A stretch of 64,000 bases of DNA from Macrostomum lignano (Eukaryota). The translations under genes were made by a program, and so were the position numbers. Below are positions 60,801-64,000 of the stretch, one piece after another. How positions within the stretch are numbered: position 1 is the stretch's first letter; each line of letters starts with the position of its first letter. The DNA is taken from contig NIVC01003360.1 of assembly GCA_002269645.1 (NCBI GenBank), forward strand, positions 38,431 through 102,430. Reading direction: 5' to 3'. The notes beneath the pieces are model-generated. The model did not search any database. It saw nothing but the letters and a program-made list of their open reading frames with translations, and was not told the origin of the DNA.

Positions 60801-63800
60801 TCATTTCGACAACTCCTCCTTGAATAGTGGCAACTCAGCGTTGAAACTTATATGGGAAGATTGGAAATTATCCGAGGTCGGCTATAGGCTATTTTAATAC
60901 TGAAATTTTAATTTCTAAGATCCTCAAAAAAGCAGAAAACTTGAATCTTGACCTTTGATAATCTTAATTGTCCCCTCTTTCTGCTTGGAGCTGAAAAAAT
61001 GCATGAATTTTTAGTGATTGCGCCACAACTTTTCCCTATCTCTGTAGTGTATTTTCTTTCCAGTGGGAGGTGGGAGCGTTCTCAGTGGCTGCGTGTGTAC
61101 ACTTGGACCCTAGCTAACTGGCGGACAGTGAAATTCAATGCATCAACTTGCGAGCCTCTTTAGCAGGCAGTGAACGTACACTCGATATTTCAATGCTTTA
61201 AATCAAAAAGTTTCAAATGCTAACTGTTGCTCGATTTTTGAACTTTGAGAGGAGAGACTTATATTGCTGAAAAGGTCTTGCAACGCTGAGTTCAGGGATA
61301 TAAGTTGTTTGCTTTAACTGTAAAAATTAAAAGCACATCATTCAAAAAACGATTTCATTACTTTTAATTTTAACTTGCTGCAAAGATTGTACTTATTTTT
61401 GCGATAGGTCAGAGATAAATTTGGGGGGTTCAATTGCTAATTGCCACTGCGTAGTGGAAGGCGGTCAGGCGCTGTGTATTAGACGGCTGATTTAGATTGC
61501 GCAATGTTTTTTAACTTTAACTGAGACTGATTCTGACTGACTGTGAAATCGGTTGCGCCATCAATTTGTTTTATTATCTGTGCCTTTCAATAGGCTGCCC
61601 TGTGTAGTAGCCGGCCTGTGTAATGAATGAACAAACTTGCGAGCCTCTTTGGCAGGCAGTGAACGTACACTCGATGGTTCAATGCTTTAAAACGGGAACT
61701 TTCAAACGCTAACTGCTCTTCGAGTTCTAAACTTTAAGAGAAGAGACTTATGCTGCTGAAAAGATCTTGCAACACTGAGTTCGAGGATATAAATTGTTTG
61801 CTTTAAATATAAAGACTAAAAGCACAGCATACAAAAACTATTTCCATACTTTTAGCTTTCTGCAAAGATTGTACTCATTTTTAGTTCAATGCCCCCAACA
61901 CCCGGGTTCAATTTCTAACTGCCACTGCGTATTGAAAAGGGGTCGGTCACTGTGTACTGGAGGGTTGATTTAAATTGCGCAATCTTTTTTAACTTTAACT
62001 GAGACTGATACTGACTGACTGTGAAATCGGTTGCGCAATCAATTGATTCAATTGGTTCAATTTTTATTTGGACACGCAGCTGTGTGTAGCTCTAACCCTA
62101 ACCCTAACCCTAACAATAACCCTAACCAATGAATCCTGATATTTTATTCTTTTTGACGGAGAAAATTTCGATTGAGTCCAGTTTAAAAGAGAGAATTTCG
62201 ATGGTTTTCAGTTTCACGAAGAGGATTTCTGTTTTGCGGAGAGGATTTCGATGGTATTCAGTTTCACGAAGAGGATGTCGATGGTTTTCAGTTGCACAGA
62301 CAAGATTTCTGCTTCGCGGAGAGGATCTTGATGGATTTAAGATGGATTTTAAGATGGATTTTAAGATGGATGGATTTAAGATAGATTTGAGATAATAAGA
62401 GAGAGAATAGATGAGGGATAAGAGCATCCAGAGGAAATAGAAGAGAGGGGAGTGTAGAGGAGAACAAAAGAGTGAGATGGGGGATGAGAAATGAGAGAGG
62501 AGGGGAGAGAGAAGAGAGGAGAAAAGAGGGAGAAAGGAGACAGGAGAGAGTACAGAAGAAAGACCAGGGAGAAGATTTAAATAAGGTAGTAGAGATGAGA
62601 GAGAGAGAGGAGAGAGAAGCGAAAGGAGAAGAAAGAGAGGAGAGCGGAGAGAGATGAAAGATCAGAGATAAGAGAGTGTAGAGAGGAAAGTAGTGAGAGA
62701 GGAGAGATGAGAGATGCGATAAAAAGAGATGAGTGAGAACATAAGAGAGAAGAGATTAGAGATTAGAGAAGAGAGGGGAGAAATGACAGGAGCAATGAAG
62801 AGGATAGAAAAGAGAGAAGAGAAGAGACAGGGATAGTGAAAGGAGTAAAGAAGGATATGAGACAAGAAAAGTAGAGTGTGAGAGCGTATATGAGATATGA
62901 GAAATGAGAGCAGAGAGGAGAGAAAAAAGAGGAGAGAGAGAGAGAGAGAGAGGGTTAAGAGAGACGATAGATAAGTGAGTAGAGATGACATATGAGAGAG
63001 GAGAGAAGAAGGAGAGATAAGAGAGAAAGAGGAGACAAGAGACAGAAGTGAAGAGGAGAGATATGAGAGAAGAGAGGAGACAAGAGACAGGAGAGGGTAC
63101 AGACGAAAGACGAGGGAGAAGACATAAATAAGGAAGTAGGGGTAGATGAGATGAGAGAGAGGAGAGAGAAGAGAGTCACGAATAATAACAAAGAGAGGAG
63201 AGAGGAGATATGAGAGACATGAAAGTCTTTGAGCTATGGTCTTTAAAAGGTTTTGCAAAAAATTTGGAGAAGATTTGGAAGATAGGGTTAAGACATGGAA
63301 TTTCAGTTGATGGATATTTCAGGAAATGGAATTCCGGTGATGGAAGTTCTTCCCCTTTCACCTCCGAAGGAGGAGTTCCACTCGTATATACTAAAGTTGA
63401 CGCGTTGTTTGTCTGTCTGTATGTCTGTCTGTATGTCTGTCTGTATGTCTGTCTGTCATTTCGACAACTCCTCCTTGAATAGTGCCAACTCAGCGTTGAA
63501 ACTTATATGGGAAGATTGGAAATTATCGAGGTCGGCTATAGGCTATTTTAATTCTGAAATTTTAATTTCTAAGATCCTCAAAAAAGCAGAAAACTTGAAT
63601 CTTGACCTTTTGATAATCCTAATTGTCCCCTCTTTCTGCTTGAGCTGAAAAATGCATGAATTTTTAGTGATTGCGCCACAACTTTCCTATCTCTGTAGTG
63701 TATTTTCTTTCCAGTGGGGGTTGGGAGCGTTCTCAGTGGCTGCGTGTGTACACTTGGACCCTGGCTCACTGGCTGACTGTATAGATAATTGCGCAATGAT

Positions 63801-64000
63801 ATGGCTACTGATAAGTTTTCCTGCCTTTCAATGGCAGCCCTGTGTATTTGTTGGACATTGAAATTCAATGCATCAACTTGCAAGCAGGCAGTCAACGTAC
63901 ACTCGATACTTCAATGCAATAAATCAGACAGTTTTAAACGCTAACTGTTCCTCGAGTTTTAAACTTTGATAGGAGAAACTGATATTGCTGGAAAGATCTT
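54803..64000 (+). mobile_element. Head-to-tail array of non-autonomous Helitron-like units (about 54803-56185, 56186-57950, 57951-60756, 60757-63385, 63386-end)
   Basis: Array starts A|TC + (TCTA)n + TATACTAAAG + (GTCT)n. Every complete unit ends with the hairpin CTCC(TCC)-GAA-GGAG(GAG) followed by CTCGT, then restarts at ATACTAAAGTTGACGCG. Internal 27-bp repeats, TAACCC tracts and GA-rich blocks; no Rep/helicase ORF. Confidence 0.8.

Noticed and set aside
55907-62128. True telomere or chromosome end
   Set aside because: Tracts are only 3-5 units long and embedded at a fixed position in a larger repeat.
57514-63258. L/S-rich and E/R-rich ORFs
   Set aside because: Translations of GA/TC low-complexity blocks inside the Helitron-like units.

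Overview
This is animal (metazoan) nuclear genomic DNA: spliced GC-rich exons sit in AT-rich intergenic DNA crowded with minisatellites. The style suggests a free-living flatworm such as Macrostomum, but that is inference only. Five spliced genes could be rebuilt with GT-AG junctions that keep the frame: BDP1 (+, 3 exons), CZIB/DUF866 (+, 2 exons, no in-frame ATG), a SPATA2/tamozhennic-like PUB protein (-, 2 exons), a secreted PAN + F-type lectin (+, 2 exons), and a 7-exon RING/coiled-coil/NHL E3-like gene (-, no in-frame ATG before the RING) with a minisatellite in every intron. The most striking structure is an 11.6-kb foldback (Mutator/FB-NOF-like) element at 37636-49272. It has about 3.08-kb near-identical terminal inverted repeats, each holding about 7.4 copies of a 168-bp unit, and a perfect 9-bp target-site duplication (GTGTGCATG). 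No transposase was recognised inside it. Instead it carries two intact convergent ORFs: a USP-like cysteine protease and a protein with an ER-type single-alpha-helix rod. A decayed NOF-like MULE transposase lies just outside its right end and shares a peptide motif with the protease ORF. The last 9.2 kb is a head-to-tail array of non-autonomous Helitron-like units carrying short TAACCC tracts. All domain calls come from reading motifs by eye; no database searches were run.
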